Of a stretch of 46,478 nucleotides of DNA, positions 1 through 9,087 are shown one piece after another. Origin of the DNA: a virus; the UHGV virus genome UHGV-1365323. One strand, given 5' to 3'. The position numbers and the translations under genes were made by a program. Under the pieces are notes generated by a model. It was not told where the DNA came from, did not search any database, and saw only the letters and a program-made list of their open reading frames with translations. Every line of letters starts with the position of its first letter. Within the stretch, counting starts at the first letter, position 1.

Positions 1-535
1 CGGCATGAGCCGCCAGGCATTTATTGAACCCGTCGTTGTTATTAGCCAGCCCAAGATTCCAGCCAGCAGTTAAGCCAGCTCTGTAGGCGCTCTCCTGCAG
101 GTTTTCTACAGTGACGGTGCGGGACTCCAGCTCGGCGATGCGCTGGCGCAGTGCTTCAATCTCCATCTCTGCAGCATCGGCATAATGGACGTTTTCATGC
201 TCCAGCGGCGGCAGATCTGGAGTTTTCACGCCAAACAGCGCCGCCAGCGCTCGGTAGCTCTGCTCGCTGTGATAGCGACCTTTGCAGCGGACCAGTTTTT
301 CGGCTGCTGCGCGGATGGGTTCCATATCATCGATATACGCTTTGAGTTTATCAGCGCGGAACCGCTCGTTATCAAAGCTGGTGCGCCAGTTTTCCCTCTC
401 CTGCTGCGCCTTCTCCGCAGCCAACTTCCCGCACAGTTTTGCAATCTTGAGGTATTTCTCCTCTTTGATTGAGAGTTCACCGCTGCTCTCAAGGTTTTTA
501 ATAATTTCCTGAACTTCGTTAATTTCGATATCCAT
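1..535 (-). CDS. Hypothetical coiled-coil protein. The N-terminal part lies in the window and the ORF runs off the left edge (start MDIEINEVQEIIKNLESS...); it is absent from the ORF track because no stop codon falls inside the window.
   Basis: I translated the reverse strand by hand from the ATG (reverse complement of 533-535) to position 1 and found no stop. Protein-like composition with heptad-like EAL/RQR stretches. Confidence 0.45.
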   Translation of the reverse strand, partial: MDIEINEVQEIIKNLESSGELSIKEEKYLKIAKLCGKLAAEKAQQERENWRTSFDNERFRADKLKAYIDDMEPIRAAAEKLVRCKGRYHSEQSYRALAALFGVKTPDLPPLEHENVHYADAAEMEIEALRQRIAELESRTVTVENLQESAYRAGLTAGWNLGLANNNDGFNKCLAAHA

Positions 536-631
536 AAATCCTCACTTAACCGCCTGTAAACGTTCAAGCTCACGCATCAGTGCAGATACCCGGCGTTGCC
601 GCAAAGTCTCCGCATGCTCTTTTGCCTGTTG

Positions 632-820
632 CTAATCAAGCCAGTATTCACCACGTTTAAAGTAAACATCGCCAACTACAGCCACCTGACCATCTGCGAA
701 TAGCTGTGCGCTTTCGTACTTCTTAATGCCACGGGTCAGCGCATACTTCGTGACCCATATAGTCTCAGCGCTTGCCGCGTTAGCGATAACCAGTAAAGCC
801 ACTGCCAGTAATTTATTCAT
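632..820 (-). CDS. Small secreted protein, 62 aa, with an N-terminal signal peptide (MNKLLAVALLVIANAASA|ETI).
   Basis: Hydrophobic h-region followed by an AXA signal-peptidase I site; no lipobox. Confidence 0.45.
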   Translation of the reverse strand: MNKLLAVALLVIANAASAETIWVTKYALTRGIKKYESAQLFADGQVAVVGDVYFKRGEYWLD

Positions 821-835
821 CGTTGCTAAACCGGT

Positions 836-1021
836 TTAGTTTTTACCAGATGACACGATTACCTGCTCGATGCGTCTTTGCTTGCCTTCACCACTAAAAA
901 CTCGACAGACGCGCTTACCGTTGCCGTATGCATGCATTGCCTGCGCCATCATAAAGTTTTGCGCTTTCACTGCGCCCATTTCTGGTTCCAGTTGAGTGCG
1001 CGTGTAGATTGCTTTGGTCAT
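836..1021 (-). CDS. Hypothetical protein, 61 aa.
   Basis: ORF with an AGGTGA Shine-Dalgarno 8 nt upstream; directly downstream of the leftward TTGACG-N17-TATAGT promoter. Confidence 0.35.
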   Translation of the reverse strand: MTKAIYTRTQLEPEMGAVKAQNFMMAQAMHAYGNGKRVCRVFSGEGKQRRIEQVIVSSGKN

Positions 1022-1052
1022 TCTTCATCACCTATTTGTTGTTGGTGTGGTA

Positions 1053-1081
1053 ACTATACGATGGCGCTCAATCTACGTCAA
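1053..1081 (-). promoter_or_regulatory. Leftward sigma70-type promoter, TTGACGTAGATTG-N-TATAGT; a reverse-strand copy of the conserved promoter family.
   Basis: Reverse complement of 1053-1081 reads TTGACG tagattgagcgccatcg TATAGT, almost identical to the element at 26403-26431. Confidence 0.5.
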
Positions 1082-1106
1082 TATGATGGTGAAAATAAAT
1101 CAGATT

Positions 1107-1123
1107 GGGGTAAATTTTACCCC
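1107..1123. promoter_or_regulatory. Perfect 8-bp inverted repeat, GGGGTAAA-T-TTTACCCC, in the divergent control region; candidate operator.
   Basis: Read directly from the sequence; it lies between the leftward promoter and the rightward early region. Confidence 0.4.
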
Positions 1124-1140
1124 TGTGGGTAAGGTGTTGG

Positions 1141-1400
1141 GGCATAGGGCTTCCCCACGCACAAGCCTTGTCACTAAAGGGATTTAACATTTTTGGGGCA
1201 GTGGGGCAATTTTGACACCCATCCCCTTGTATATATAAAAATGCCGCAAGTTTGTTAATTTATTGTTAAAATAATACCTATAATATGAATAATAATATTA
1301 CCCATTACCCCAACTACTACTATTATTATTATATTACATATACTTAGAGTATAAAAGTTTGGGGCAACTAGGGTGCCCCAAGGCTGCCCCATATGCCCCA
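1141..1400. repeat. Iteron-like GGGGCA/TGCCCC repeats within an AT-rich tract; candidate origin or early regulatory region.
   Basis: GGGGCA occurs at about 1141, 1195, 1203 and 1361, and inverted TGCCCC at about 1374, 1386 and 1395. Includes the palindrome GGGGCAACTAGGGTGCCCC. A very AT-rich stretch at 1229-1350 carries TATTATTATTAT runs. Confidence 0.4.
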
Positions 1401-1455
1401 CAATGAATGTTTGTGATTGCATGATTCAATGTTTATGATATGATTCAACATAGAT

Positions 1456-1695
1456 TTGTTTGATGAGGGGGTTGATGTGTATCTTGATAAGTACGGAAAG
1501 AAGAATGCGGCGCTGTCTTCGCTTGCAGCTATCGCTGTTGGGGAGGTGGTAACTTATGATGCAAGAAAGTTTGGCGGCGTTGTGAGTTTAAGGAACGCCA
1601 TCAATTACTTCATGCGCAGGAATCCTGATTTAAAATTTTCCACTAAAGCCGGATATCCTGACAAAGAGACAATTTACGTGAAAAGGATTTCATGA
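1456..1695 (+). CDS. Hypothetical protein, 79 aa; TTG start in the track, so the true start is uncertain.
   Basis: ORF immediately upstream of the 518-aa gene and overlapping it (ATGA). Confidence 0.3.
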   Translation: MFDEGVDVYLDKYGKKNAALSSLAAIAVGEVVTYDARKFGGVVSLRNAINYFMRRNPDLKFSTKAGYPDKETIYVKRIS

Positions 1696-3248
1696 TGATT
1701 ACAGCACAGGAAATCTTCAACCAGGCAAGAGAAGCGCACACCTCTGCGGCGCGCGTAGCCATTCATCATGGCATGACACCAAGCCATAACATGTGGCCGG
1801 AAATTAAGGAAGGGCAGGAGAAGGATGTAACATACTCAGAGATAGAGCTTACCAGCGACAACAGGAAAGACCTGATAACGCGATATTCAGTTGCAGCAGC
1901 GAGGGCTGTTCAATTCCCCGTCAGCACATCATTCATGCACCTGCTTGGCTGCGTAGCCAGTGCCATGACGCGAAATTTTAGCGTTGAATACTACGGTTCT
2001 GAATTGCCTGTTTCCTTGTATGTGGTGACGTCGCAGCCGCCATCAGCTGGCAAGACAGCCATCAACTCAATGCACATGAACCCGATAAAAATTGAGTATG
2101 ACAACCTGTCAAAAAAGATGGAGAAGGAAATTGTAAAGATAAACATTCGCATTGAAGACCTGATGAAGGCCTACAAGGAAGCGACGAATCAGAACGCGAA
2201 GGCCATCATTGGAGATGACATTGCAAAAGAGAAGGAAAAACTGGAAAGTCTTTACACCATCACATACCCGTTAACTGATGCAACGCCAGAAGCGGTGCAG
2301 CACCAGGCAATTCATGAGGGTGGTTTTTTCAACCTGATAAGTGATGAGGCAAGCGTTTTAAATACCTGTCTTGGCCTTTCGTATGGCAAGGATGGAGGGA
2401 AATCTAACGCCGAGGTCATCCTGAAAGGCTGGGATGGAGGGTTTGTTGGCTCAGCTCGCGTTGGTCGTGGCGTTTCATCTGGCTATGTGCTTGGTAACAT
2501 CAGCGTCATTGCACAGGATGAAAGTATTGATGCCATTCTGTCGGCTGGCGACAGGGGTAACGGATTGTCAGAGCGATTCCTGATGCTTCGTGAGCAGTCA
2601 ATGCTGGGTTATCGTGAGCATTGGGATGTGGAAAATGATTGCCCGGTAAGTAAGCCAATGCCTAAAGAACTAAAGGCGGAATATGCCAGATTTGTGCATA
2701 ACCTTGTGGCTTCTGAGAAGGTTGTTTTCTCCCTCGCTAAAGAATCGCAGCGTATGATTGGACTTTTGCGAAACCAGTGGGAAAAGAATTTCCTGCCAGG
2801 TGGTAAATGGGATCACGTTTTGCTTCGTGGCGCCATGGGTAAGGCTGACAAACAAATAATCAGGCTTTCGGCAATATTCCATGCCGCTGAAAACTGGTGC
2901 GATGGTGGTCGTCGCTCAAAAATTATTGGTGAGGAGCATATAAGCCGCGCCATAAGCGTTTATGATGCACTAACAAAAACATTTACCGACGCCGTTGAGT
3001 CAAATGGATACGCTGGCGAGAAATCAGAAATTGACGTCGTTGCTGAAAAATTGCGCACAGCTGCGCAAAAAGGAAAGACAAATGTCACGGTGAAATGGCT
3101 TTATGATTCACTAAAAAACGTTAGGCCATTCAAGGGCATACCGCATATTTACGACAGACTCAAGTCAAACGTTTTGCCGTCTCTTGAAGAAGATGGATAT
3201 TGCGTATTCCTCAATAATACTGTTTACCTGAATCCGAGGTTAAAATAA
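1692..3248 (+). CDS. Putative replication-associated P-loop protein, 518 aa; possibly a DUF3987-like primase partner.
   Basis: P-loop-like QPPSAGKT motif; position at the head of the replication module; large size. Confidence 0.45.
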   Translation: MMITAQEIFNQAREAHTSAARVAIHHGMTPSHNMWPEIKEGQEKDVTYSEIELTSDNRKDLITRYSVAAARAVQFPVSTSFMHLLGCVASAMTRNFSVEYYGSELPVSLYVVTSQPPSAGKTAINSMHMNPIKIEYDNLSKKMEKEIVKINIRIEDLMKAYKEATNQNAKAIIGDDIAKEKEKLESLYTITYPLTDATPEAVQHQAIHEGGFFNLISDEASVLNTCLGLSYGKDGGKSNAEVILKGWDGGFVGSARVGRGVSSGYVLGNISVIAQDESIDAILSAGDRGNGLSERFLMLREQSMLGYREHWDVENDCPVSKPMPKELKAEYARFVHNLVASEKVVFSLAKESQRMIGLLRNQWEKNFLPGGKWDHVLLRGAMGKADKQIIRLSAIFHAAENWCDGGRRSKIIGEEHISRAISVYDALTKTFTDAVESNGYAGEKSEIDVVAEKLRTAAQKGKTNVTVKWLYDSLKNVRPFKGIPHIYDRLKSNVLPSLEEDGYCVFLNNTVYLNPRLK

Positions 3249-3529
3249 TGGCAACATTGCAACTTGCAGTAAAAGGTGAATATTTCGATGCGATGAAACG
3301 CGGAGAAAAAAAAGAAGAGTATCGTCTGGTAAATGCATACTGGGGTAATCGCATTTTTAACCGCTGGTACGATACGCTGATTATCACTCGCGGCTATCCA
3401 CGAAAAGATGACGATAGCCGCCGAATTGTAGTGCCGTATGACGGATTTGAAGTGAAGACCATTACCCATCCACACTTCGGTGCGGAGCCGGTAAAAGTGT
3501 TTGCGATAAGAGTAAATATTAACGGATAA
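3248..3529 (+). CDS. ASCH-domain protein (PUA-like fold), 93 aa.
   Basis: N-terminal LAVKGEYFDAMKRGEKKEEYR matches the ASCH signature (YF..I..G.K..E.R). Its ATG overlaps the stop of the upstream gene. Confidence 0.55.
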   Translation: MATLQLAVKGEYFDAMKRGEKKEEYRLVNAYWGNRIFNRWYDTLIITRGYPRKDDDSRRIVVPYDGFEVKTITHPHFGAEPVKVFAIRVNING

Positions 3530-3532
3530 CAA

Positions 3533-3562
3533 AAAACCCTCCATCAGGAGGGTTTATTTTTT
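3533..3562. terminator. Bidirectional intrinsic terminator (AAACCCTCC-ATCA-GGAGGGTTT plus a T-run).
   Basis: GC stem of 6-9 bp with T-runs on both strands; the primase stop codon lies inside the hairpin. Confidence 0.6.
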
Positions 3563-4470
3563 AGTGCTTCAAATAGCTCTTCTGGTCTATACAGCCTTTT
3601 TCTGATGGCGACGCTGTGTCGAATATCATGACCATCATCAGTAATCAGTATCGGCAGGCCAGCATTCTCGGCGGCGCATACCTCGTCGAAATTATTATTA
3701 ATGATGCAGCGAAGTTTAGCTCGCTGTTCATCGCTCACATTGCGCACAACTTCCCACATATTTTCCGGCGACCAGCAACACCAGACATGAGCACCGGTAA
3801 GCCGGTGTGCTCGCCAGGCATCGAGGTAATCCGCAACCAGGTATGTCCACTCTGTTTTTTCACCAATCGGTGTCACTGCGCCGCGCGTAAGTCTTCCACG
3901 AGTGTATTCATGGCTAAAACCCGCGCGAAATGACACGGTTTCATCGTCTGCCAGAAAAGCCACGTTGCACGGCGACATGGTTACAGCCATATAGAGTGGG
4001 ATTGCCACCAGTTCACCAGTTTTACCGGTTATGGTGTCGCCGCCTGCTTTTTCCATGATGGCCGCCACTTCTTCTGGAGCAAGGCAGTCCGATGCACCAT
4101 TGACTTTTGGCAACTGCTTTCTAATCGCCTCAAGTTTTTCGCGTGGGTGCATGTTCAGAAATCCTCCAAGCGCCTCCAGTGCTTCAGGAAAGCTCATGCC
4201 GGAGAGTTTCATCAGCCAGTTCATGCCGCTACCGGAACCGCACTGATTGCATATTGCACCGCCATCGCCTTTTGTTTCGAAGTTGTCATCAAAACGATAC
4301 CTGTCTTTGCCAAGGCATGAAGGGCACGGCTGGTGCTTACCATTGAAAACTCTGCTATCCACATTGACGATAGACATGATGGCTGCCTGCCAGTTATTTC
4401 TCATTAGAGGCTCTATTTCCTTCCAGTCATACTTCATAAAATCTTCCTGTTGACTATGATGTAGATTCAT
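3544..4470 (-). CDS. DNA primase with an N-terminal Zn-ribbon (CPSC...CNQC) and a TOPRIM-like C-terminal half, 308 aa.
   Basis: CxxC...CxxC zinc-binding module like primase-helicase Zn-ribbons; acidic TOPRIM-like motifs (ILITDDGHD). It converges on the neighbouring rightward genes. Confidence 0.6.
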   Translation of the reverse strand: MNLHHSQQEDFMKYDWKEIEPLMRNNWQAAIMSIVNVDSRVFNGKHQPCPSCLGKDRYRFDDNFETKGDGGAICNQCGSGSGMNWLMKLSGMSFPEALEALGGFLNMHPREKLEAIRKQLPKVNGASDCLAPEEVAAIMEKAGGDTITGKTGELVAIPLYMAVTMSPCNVAFLADDETVSFRAGFSHEYTRGRLTRGAVTPIGEKTEWTYLVADYLDAWRAHRLTGAHVWCCWSPENMWEVVRNVSDEQRAKLRCIINNNFDEVCAAENAGLPILITDDGHDIRHSVAIRKRLYRPEELFEALKNKPS

Positions 4471-4484
4471 TGTAATTTAGCAGC

Positions 4485-4529
4485 ATGAAACAATCAATCG
4501 TTACTTGCAATGAAACAATTAATCGTTAC
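4485..4529. repeat. Two 20-nt direct repeats, ATGAAACAAT(C/T)AATCGTTAC, 25 bp apart, between the divergent primase and HNH genes; candidate operator sites.
   Basis: Copies at 4485-4504 and 4510-4529 with one mismatch; upstream is TTGACT-N17 followed by a GATGTAGAT motif. Confidence 0.5.
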
Positions 4530-4581
4530 AATAGAGGTTAGGAAATGGCTATCACCGTAAAGAAGTGCGAGGTTTGCGGAA

Positions 4582-5283
4582 ATGAGTTCATCGGAACAGC
4601 AAAAGCAAAATGTTGCTCAGGAAAGTGCAGGGTGCGAAAGTTCAGGGATAAAAAAGGCATGTTCAAGATGCAGAAAGATGCTTCCAGCCACTAGTGAGTA
4701 TTTCTATACAGATAAAAAGATGCGGCTTGGTTTTAAGTCACACTGCAAGGCATGTGATGGCAACAAAGGGAAAAGACTTCGTTATCTTGGTGGCGGGCTT
4801 AAGATATGCTCTAAGTGCAAATCAGAGCTTGAAGCGAATGATGAAAATTTCAACAAGAACAAGTCATCACTTGATGGCTTGAGGCCTGAATGCAAAAGGT
4901 GTCAGGCTGAATATAAGAAAATTCATTATGATAAAAACAAAAGACAAATAAGCAAAAAATCAAAGGTTTATTATAAAGAAAACAAGGAGGTTCATAGCAA
5001 TAGATGCAAGAAATGGAGGGAGGAAAACAAGAAAATTATCAGGTTTCACCAGAAAAAATATAAGTATCTGAAGAGCCTGGCAGTGCCATGCTGGTTCGAA
5101 TCAGAAAGAATGTTGATAGAAACAGTTTATGAGAAAGCGTCCGCACTTGGCATGCACGTTGATCATATAGTACCGATTAACAGTAAAATTGTTTGCGGAT
5201 TGCATTGCTGGCATAACCTACAGCTTTTAGCCCCTAGTGAAAACAGATCTAAAAGCAACGTTTACTGGCCTGATATGCCATAG
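4582..5283 (+). CDS. HNH homing endonuclease with multiple CxxC zinc knuckles; the N-terminal extent is uncertain.
   Basis: C-terminal HVDHIVP...HNLQLL...N HNH motif and several CxxC pairs. The gene is AT-rich relative to its flanks. Confidence 0.65.
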   Translation: MSSSEQQKQNVAQESAGCESSGIKKACSRCRKMLPATSEYFYTDKKMRLGFKSHCKACDGNKGKRLRYLGGGLKICSKCKSELEANDENFNKNKSSLDGLRPECKRCQAEYKKIHYDKNKRQISKKSKVYYKENKEVHSNRCKKWREENKKIIRFHQKKYKYLKSLAVPCWFESERMLIETVYEKASALGMHVDHIVPINSKIVCGLHCWHNLQLLAPSENRSKSNVYWPDMP

Positions 5284-5291
5284 GTGATTAA

Positions 5292-7196
5292 ATGCATAGA
5301 ATAGACAAAATGATATCCGAACTACCAATTGATGAATTGCGCACCAAAATAAGCACGGGAGAAATTGAGCCTAGAAATTACCAGTGGCTTTGCTATGCCC
5401 TTGCTTCTAACGAGATTCGTCGTTATATGGGGCCGTTTTATATAACAGCATCTGTTGGTGCTGGCAAAACAATCATGATTGCCATGCTGGCACGGAGATT
5501 CTCTGACATGGGATATGAGGGTATGGTTATTGCCAGACAATCTGAGATTATTAGCCAGAATGCAGAGGAGTGCTGGAATTTTGGCGTTAAAAACTCCCTT
5601 TTCAGTGCCGGACTTGGCAGGAAGTCTACCGCCTATCCTTTGCTGATGGGTACGGAGGGGACGGTAGTAAACGCTCTTTTCGACACAGAAGAAAAAAAAC
5701 AGCCGCTAAGCGACTTCTGTCCGCGCTATTTGATTATCGACGAATGCCATCAGGTCGACTGGGCAGATGTTGTTGGCGATGGGGTAACACAGTACGGAAT
5801 TATAATAAATGCTTTCATGAAACGCTGCCGAGAAAAGCACGGACATGAACTAAGGATTATCGGATTAACTGGCTCACCTTTCCGTGGCGTTGAGTCGATT
5901 AAAGGTGCCTTCTGGAAGAAAGAGGTGATCAACATCGACACCAAATACATGGTGGACAGGGGGTTTCTTGTTCCTACAATTTTTGGTTTAAGTGATGCTG
6001 ATGGTCTTCACTATGACCTTTCTGAATTTCATTCATCTGAACAGGACGGCACTCAGGATTTCAGCTTTGAACAGCTGAATGCAATGCAGAAGGAAATTCT
6101 TGAGCAAGGAACCATGACGCAAAAAATAATGATGAAAGTCATGGAGCTTACCGCAAACAGAAATGGCGTTCTGATCACTTGCGCGGGCAAGAAGCATTGC
6201 AAAGAAGCAGCCAAATATTTACCAGAAGGCAGTTATGCCATCGTTACGGAAGATATGGGGCCAAAGGCCAGGCAGAAGGCATTGAAAGATGCTTACCAGG
6301 GAAGGATAAAATATGTCCTCCAGATTCAGGCGCTAACTACTGGCGTTAACATCCCTCTATGGGACACAAGCTGTATTTTGCGCAAAATAATGTCCCTCAC
6401 CCTTCTGGTTCAGTTGCTTGGGAGAGGAATGCGCTTGCTTAAACCAGAGCAAATTGCTGCTGGATATAAAAAAGAAGATCACCTTGTTCTGGACTTCTCT
6501 TCGACCATGTTCGAACTTGGTGGCCTGTATGAAGACCCCATCCTTGAGGAAGCAGAAGCACAGCGTGCCAAGAGAAGCGGAGAGCAGGTTCCATGCCCTA
6601 AATGCCAGACGATGAACAGCCCATATGCGCGCCGCTGCATTGGCAAGGATGCATTGTCGCCAGATGGTCGTTGCGAGGAGTTTTTCAGTTACATTCGTTG
6701 CGGCTTCGATAAGCATGGAATACGTATTTTTGATGATGGATGCGGAACTAAAAACGACCCAACGGCGCGCTATTGCCGACATTGCGATCATGTTTTGCGC
6801 GACCCTAATGCGGCACTGAATGAGCGTGCGTATACCGATAATGAGTGGGCTGATGTTATGGACTTCAAAGTCCAGTTAACGAAGGACGGAGAAGGTATTT
6901 TGTATCGCTACTGGATTAACCGTTGTGATGGCACAGAAGGATGGGCTAATGAGGTTTTCTATCCATACGGTGGCGCAACTCACATGAAAAACATGTTTAA
7001 GGCAAAGGCGGTCTTTCCTCACCTTGAGGATAAGTCGATGGCTGGGAGAATCCTGAAATGCCAGAACGCCAAACAATTCATGATGTATGCGGGATTGATT
7101 AAAGCGCCAAAACGCATCACTCATCGCATTAATGATAAAGGTCGCGACATCATCCACCGCAAAGAATTTAAAGGAGAACAGAATGAAGCAGCTTGA
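5292..7196 (+). CDS. SF2 DEAH-box helicase with C-terminal zinc fingers, 634 aa.
   Basis: Walker A (SVGAGKT), DEAH (LIIDECHQ), a helicase C-terminal QxxGRGxR-like motif (QLLGRGMR), and a CPKC...CRHC zinc-finger tail. Confidence 0.75.
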   Translation: MHRIDKMISELPIDELRTKISTGEIEPRNYQWLCYALASNEIRRYMGPFYITASVGAGKTIMIAMLARRFSDMGYEGMVIARQSEIISQNAEECWNFGVKNSLFSAGLGRKSTAYPLLMGTEGTVVNALFDTEEKKQPLSDFCPRYLIIDECHQVDWADVVGDGVTQYGIIINAFMKRCREKHGHELRIIGLTGSPFRGVESIKGAFWKKEVINIDTKYMVDRGFLVPTIFGLSDADGLHYDLSEFHSSEQDGTQDFSFEQLNAMQKEILEQGTMTQKIMMKVMELTANRNGVLITCAGKKHCKEAAKYLPEGSYAIVTEDMGPKARQKALKDAYQGRIKYVLQIQALTTGVNIPLWDTSCILRKIMSLTLLVQLLGRGMRLLKPEQIAAGYKKEDHLVLDFSSTMFELGGLYEDPILEEAEAQRAKRSGEQVPCPKCQTMNSPYARRCIGKDALSPDGRCEEFFSYIRCGFDKHGIRIFDDGCGTKNDPTARYCRHCDHVLRDPNAALNERAYTDNEWADVMDFKVQLTKDGEGILYRYWINRCDGTEGWANEVFYPYGGATHMKNMFKAKAVFPHLEDKSMAGRILKCQNAKQFMMYAGLIKAPKRITHRINDKGRDIIHRKEFKGEQNEAA

Positions 7197-7599
7197 AAGC
7201 GGGATATGGGTATTCGACAGTGGTTATCGTGGAGAATGCCCTAAAGAAGAGACTGACCAGATGGGTTACGGCACATGGATGCAGCACCGCTTCCCTGATG
7301 TTCTGTGGTTTCATGTGCCTAACGAGACTGGAACAAAGAGTGGTCCGCAATTCATCGAAAAACGCCGAAAAATGGGCGTCAGGAGCGGTGTAAGCGACAA
7401 CGTGATACTAACCAACGGCATTAATCATAAATGCGGCCTGATTGAACTGAAGAGGCGCGACAAGACAAAATCAAAAGTATCGCCATCGCAGATTGATGTT
7501 CTTGAGTGCGCCATTGCAGAGGGTCACTTTGGAGCCATTGCTTATGGTCTTGAGGAGATAAAAAGAGCGACGTTATTCTATTTTGGAGTTGACAAGTAA
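7183..7599 (+). CDS. VRR-NUC domain nuclease (PD-(D/E)XK fold).
   Basis: D...ELK core (SGVSDNVIL...GLIELKRR). Start moved to the ATG behind the AAGGAG Shine-Dalgarno at 7170. Confidence 0.6.
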   Translation: MKQLESGIWVFDSGYRGECPKEETDQMGYGTWMQHRFPDVLWFHVPNETGTKSGPQFIEKRRKMGVRSGVSDNVILTNGINHKCGLIELKRRDKTKSKVSPSQIDVLECAIAEGHFGAIAYGLEEIKRATLFYFGVDK

Positions 7600-7641
7600 T
7601 TCATACCACCTTACAATCCAATAATACCAAAGAGGCGTTGT

Positions 7642-8145
7642 ATGGATAAATATTATGTAGATGAATGGCTTATTGTTAATGCTGATGAAGGCTCTATTTT
7701 TTGGAGAAAGAGTAGAGGATTAGCGAAAGCAGGTGATTCTGCAATACATAAACATGAAATTACCTCAAGAGGAGGTGCGAAATATAAAGCTATCTCATTC
7801 GGAAGGAGAAAGTGGTTATTGCATAGATTCATATGGACGTATGTTAACGGTGAAATTCCTGATGGAATGATTGTTGATCACATTGATGGAAATACAAGCA
7901 ATAACTCAATAAAAAACTTAAGACTTGCAAGCAAGGCGGAGAGTTCCTTTAACAAAGGTATGTTTAAAAATAACACCTCTGGCGTAAAGGGTGTTTATTG
8001 GGACAAGAGAAACAAGAAGTGGATGGCATACGGAAGAATAAATGGAAAGATGAAAAATCTTGGCAGATACTCATCAATTGAGGATGCTAAAAATGCCGCA
8101 GAGGAATTTAGGCGAGTTAATTTTAAGGAATTTTATAGGCGGTGA
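7642..8145 (+). CDS. HNH homing endonuclease with a C-terminal AP2 DNA-binding domain.
   Basis: IDHIDGN...NLRL HNH core plus NTSGVKGVYWDKRNKKWMA AP2 signature. Confidence 0.8.
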   Translation: MDKYYVDEWLIVNADEGSIFWRKSRGLAKAGDSAIHKHEITSRGGAKYKAISFGRRKWLLHRFIWTYVNGEIPDGMIVDHIDGNTSNNSIKNLRLASKAESSFNKGMFKNNTSGVKGVYWDKRNKKWMAYGRINGKMKNLGRYSSIEDAKNAAEEFRRVNFKEFYRR

Positions 8146-8148
8146 ATC

Positions 8149-9087
8149 ATGAAGGTTTACTTTAACAATGAATTAAGAAATCAGGATTACCATTCAGAAA
8201 CCGAGCATATTAATGGCTCTGGTTTATGGAATATACTTGACAGATGCCCGGCAGCATGGCGCTACAAAGACGAAGAAGATGATCAGTCAAAAGCTCTTAT
8301 CTTCGGTACAGGTAGCCATACTGCGTTGCTTGAACCTGAACGTTTTGATGCTGAATATGCTCGCATGCCAACCAAAGAAGATTTTGGTGATGACCTGCTT
8401 GTTACTGTAAGTGATATGAACTCATGGGCAAAAGAACGAGGCATCAAAGGACTTTCAGGAAAGTCGAAAGCTGAGGTGATCAAAATCATCCAGGCGACTG
8501 GCGAGCCAGTGAAAATTTACGATGTCATCCGTGAAGAGGCTGAAAAAGCTGCTGTAGGAAAGCAAATGCTGGAAGGTGGTGATTATGACGCTATTCAGCA
8601 AATGCGTGCTGTAATCCACGCAAACAGCTATTACAGCAGTCTTCTCGCTGGTGCTTATGCTGAAGTGTCAATTCTAGGTGAACTTAACGGAGAGAAGGCA
8701 AAAGTTCGCTTTGACTGCCTTACCAAAGGTGGCGACATCATCGACTACAAAACAGCAGTGAGCGCCAAGCCTGATGAGTTTTTCCGCCATGCAGCGCGGC
8801 TAGGGTACTTTATGAAGATGGCGATGCAACACGACATGTTTGTCGAGGCTTATGGGCATGCACCTCGCTCGGTAAATCTTCTGGTGCAGGAGAAGAAATC
8901 TCCATTCATCCCTGCGTTGATTCGTCTGACTGATGAACAGTTACGCATTGGTCGCATTCAGCTGCGCAGCGCGATGGAAATCTATAAGGCATGCAAAAAA
9001 GCCAATTCATGGCCTGGCTACTCAATGGGTAATCCGGTCATCGAAATGGAAACGCCGGAATGGTTCAAAAAACAATTTAATTTATAA
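8149..9087 (+). CDS. PD-(D/E)XK exonuclease of the RecB/Cas4/YqaJ type; recombination exonuclease.
   Basis: D...E(V)SI...RFDCL...IIDYKT catalytic pattern; located next to the recombinase ATPase and SSB. Confidence 0.55.
   Translation: MKVYFNNELRNQDYHSETEHINGSGLWNILDRCPAAWRYKDEEDDQSKALIFGTGSHTALLEPERFDAEYARMPTKEDFGDDLLVTVSDMNSWAKERGIKGLSGKSKAEVIKIIQATGEPVKIYDVIREEAEKAAVGKQMLEGGDYDAIQQMRAVIHANSYYSSLLAGAYAEVSILGELNGEKAKVRFDCLTKGGDIIDYKTAVSAKPDEFFRHAARLGYFMKMAMQHDMFVEAYGHAPRSVNLLVQEKKSPFIPALIRLTDEQLRIGRIQLRSAMEIYKACKKANSWPGYSMGNPVIEMETPEWFKKQFNL

Noticed and set aside
226-573. 115-aa reverse-strand ORF, and three overlapping forward ORFs at 151-512.
   Set aside because: Arg/Ser-rich nonsense compositions. 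The real gene is the other reverse frame, 1-535, which is open to the window edge.
878-1132. 84-aa forward ORF across the left control region.
   Set aside because: It is antisense to the 836-1021 gene and runs through the promoter and palindrome region; Cys/His-rich junk composition.
3616-4453. Four forward ORFs inside the primase gene.
   Set aside because: Antisense shadows of a coherent 308-aa Zn-ribbon/TOPRIM protein.
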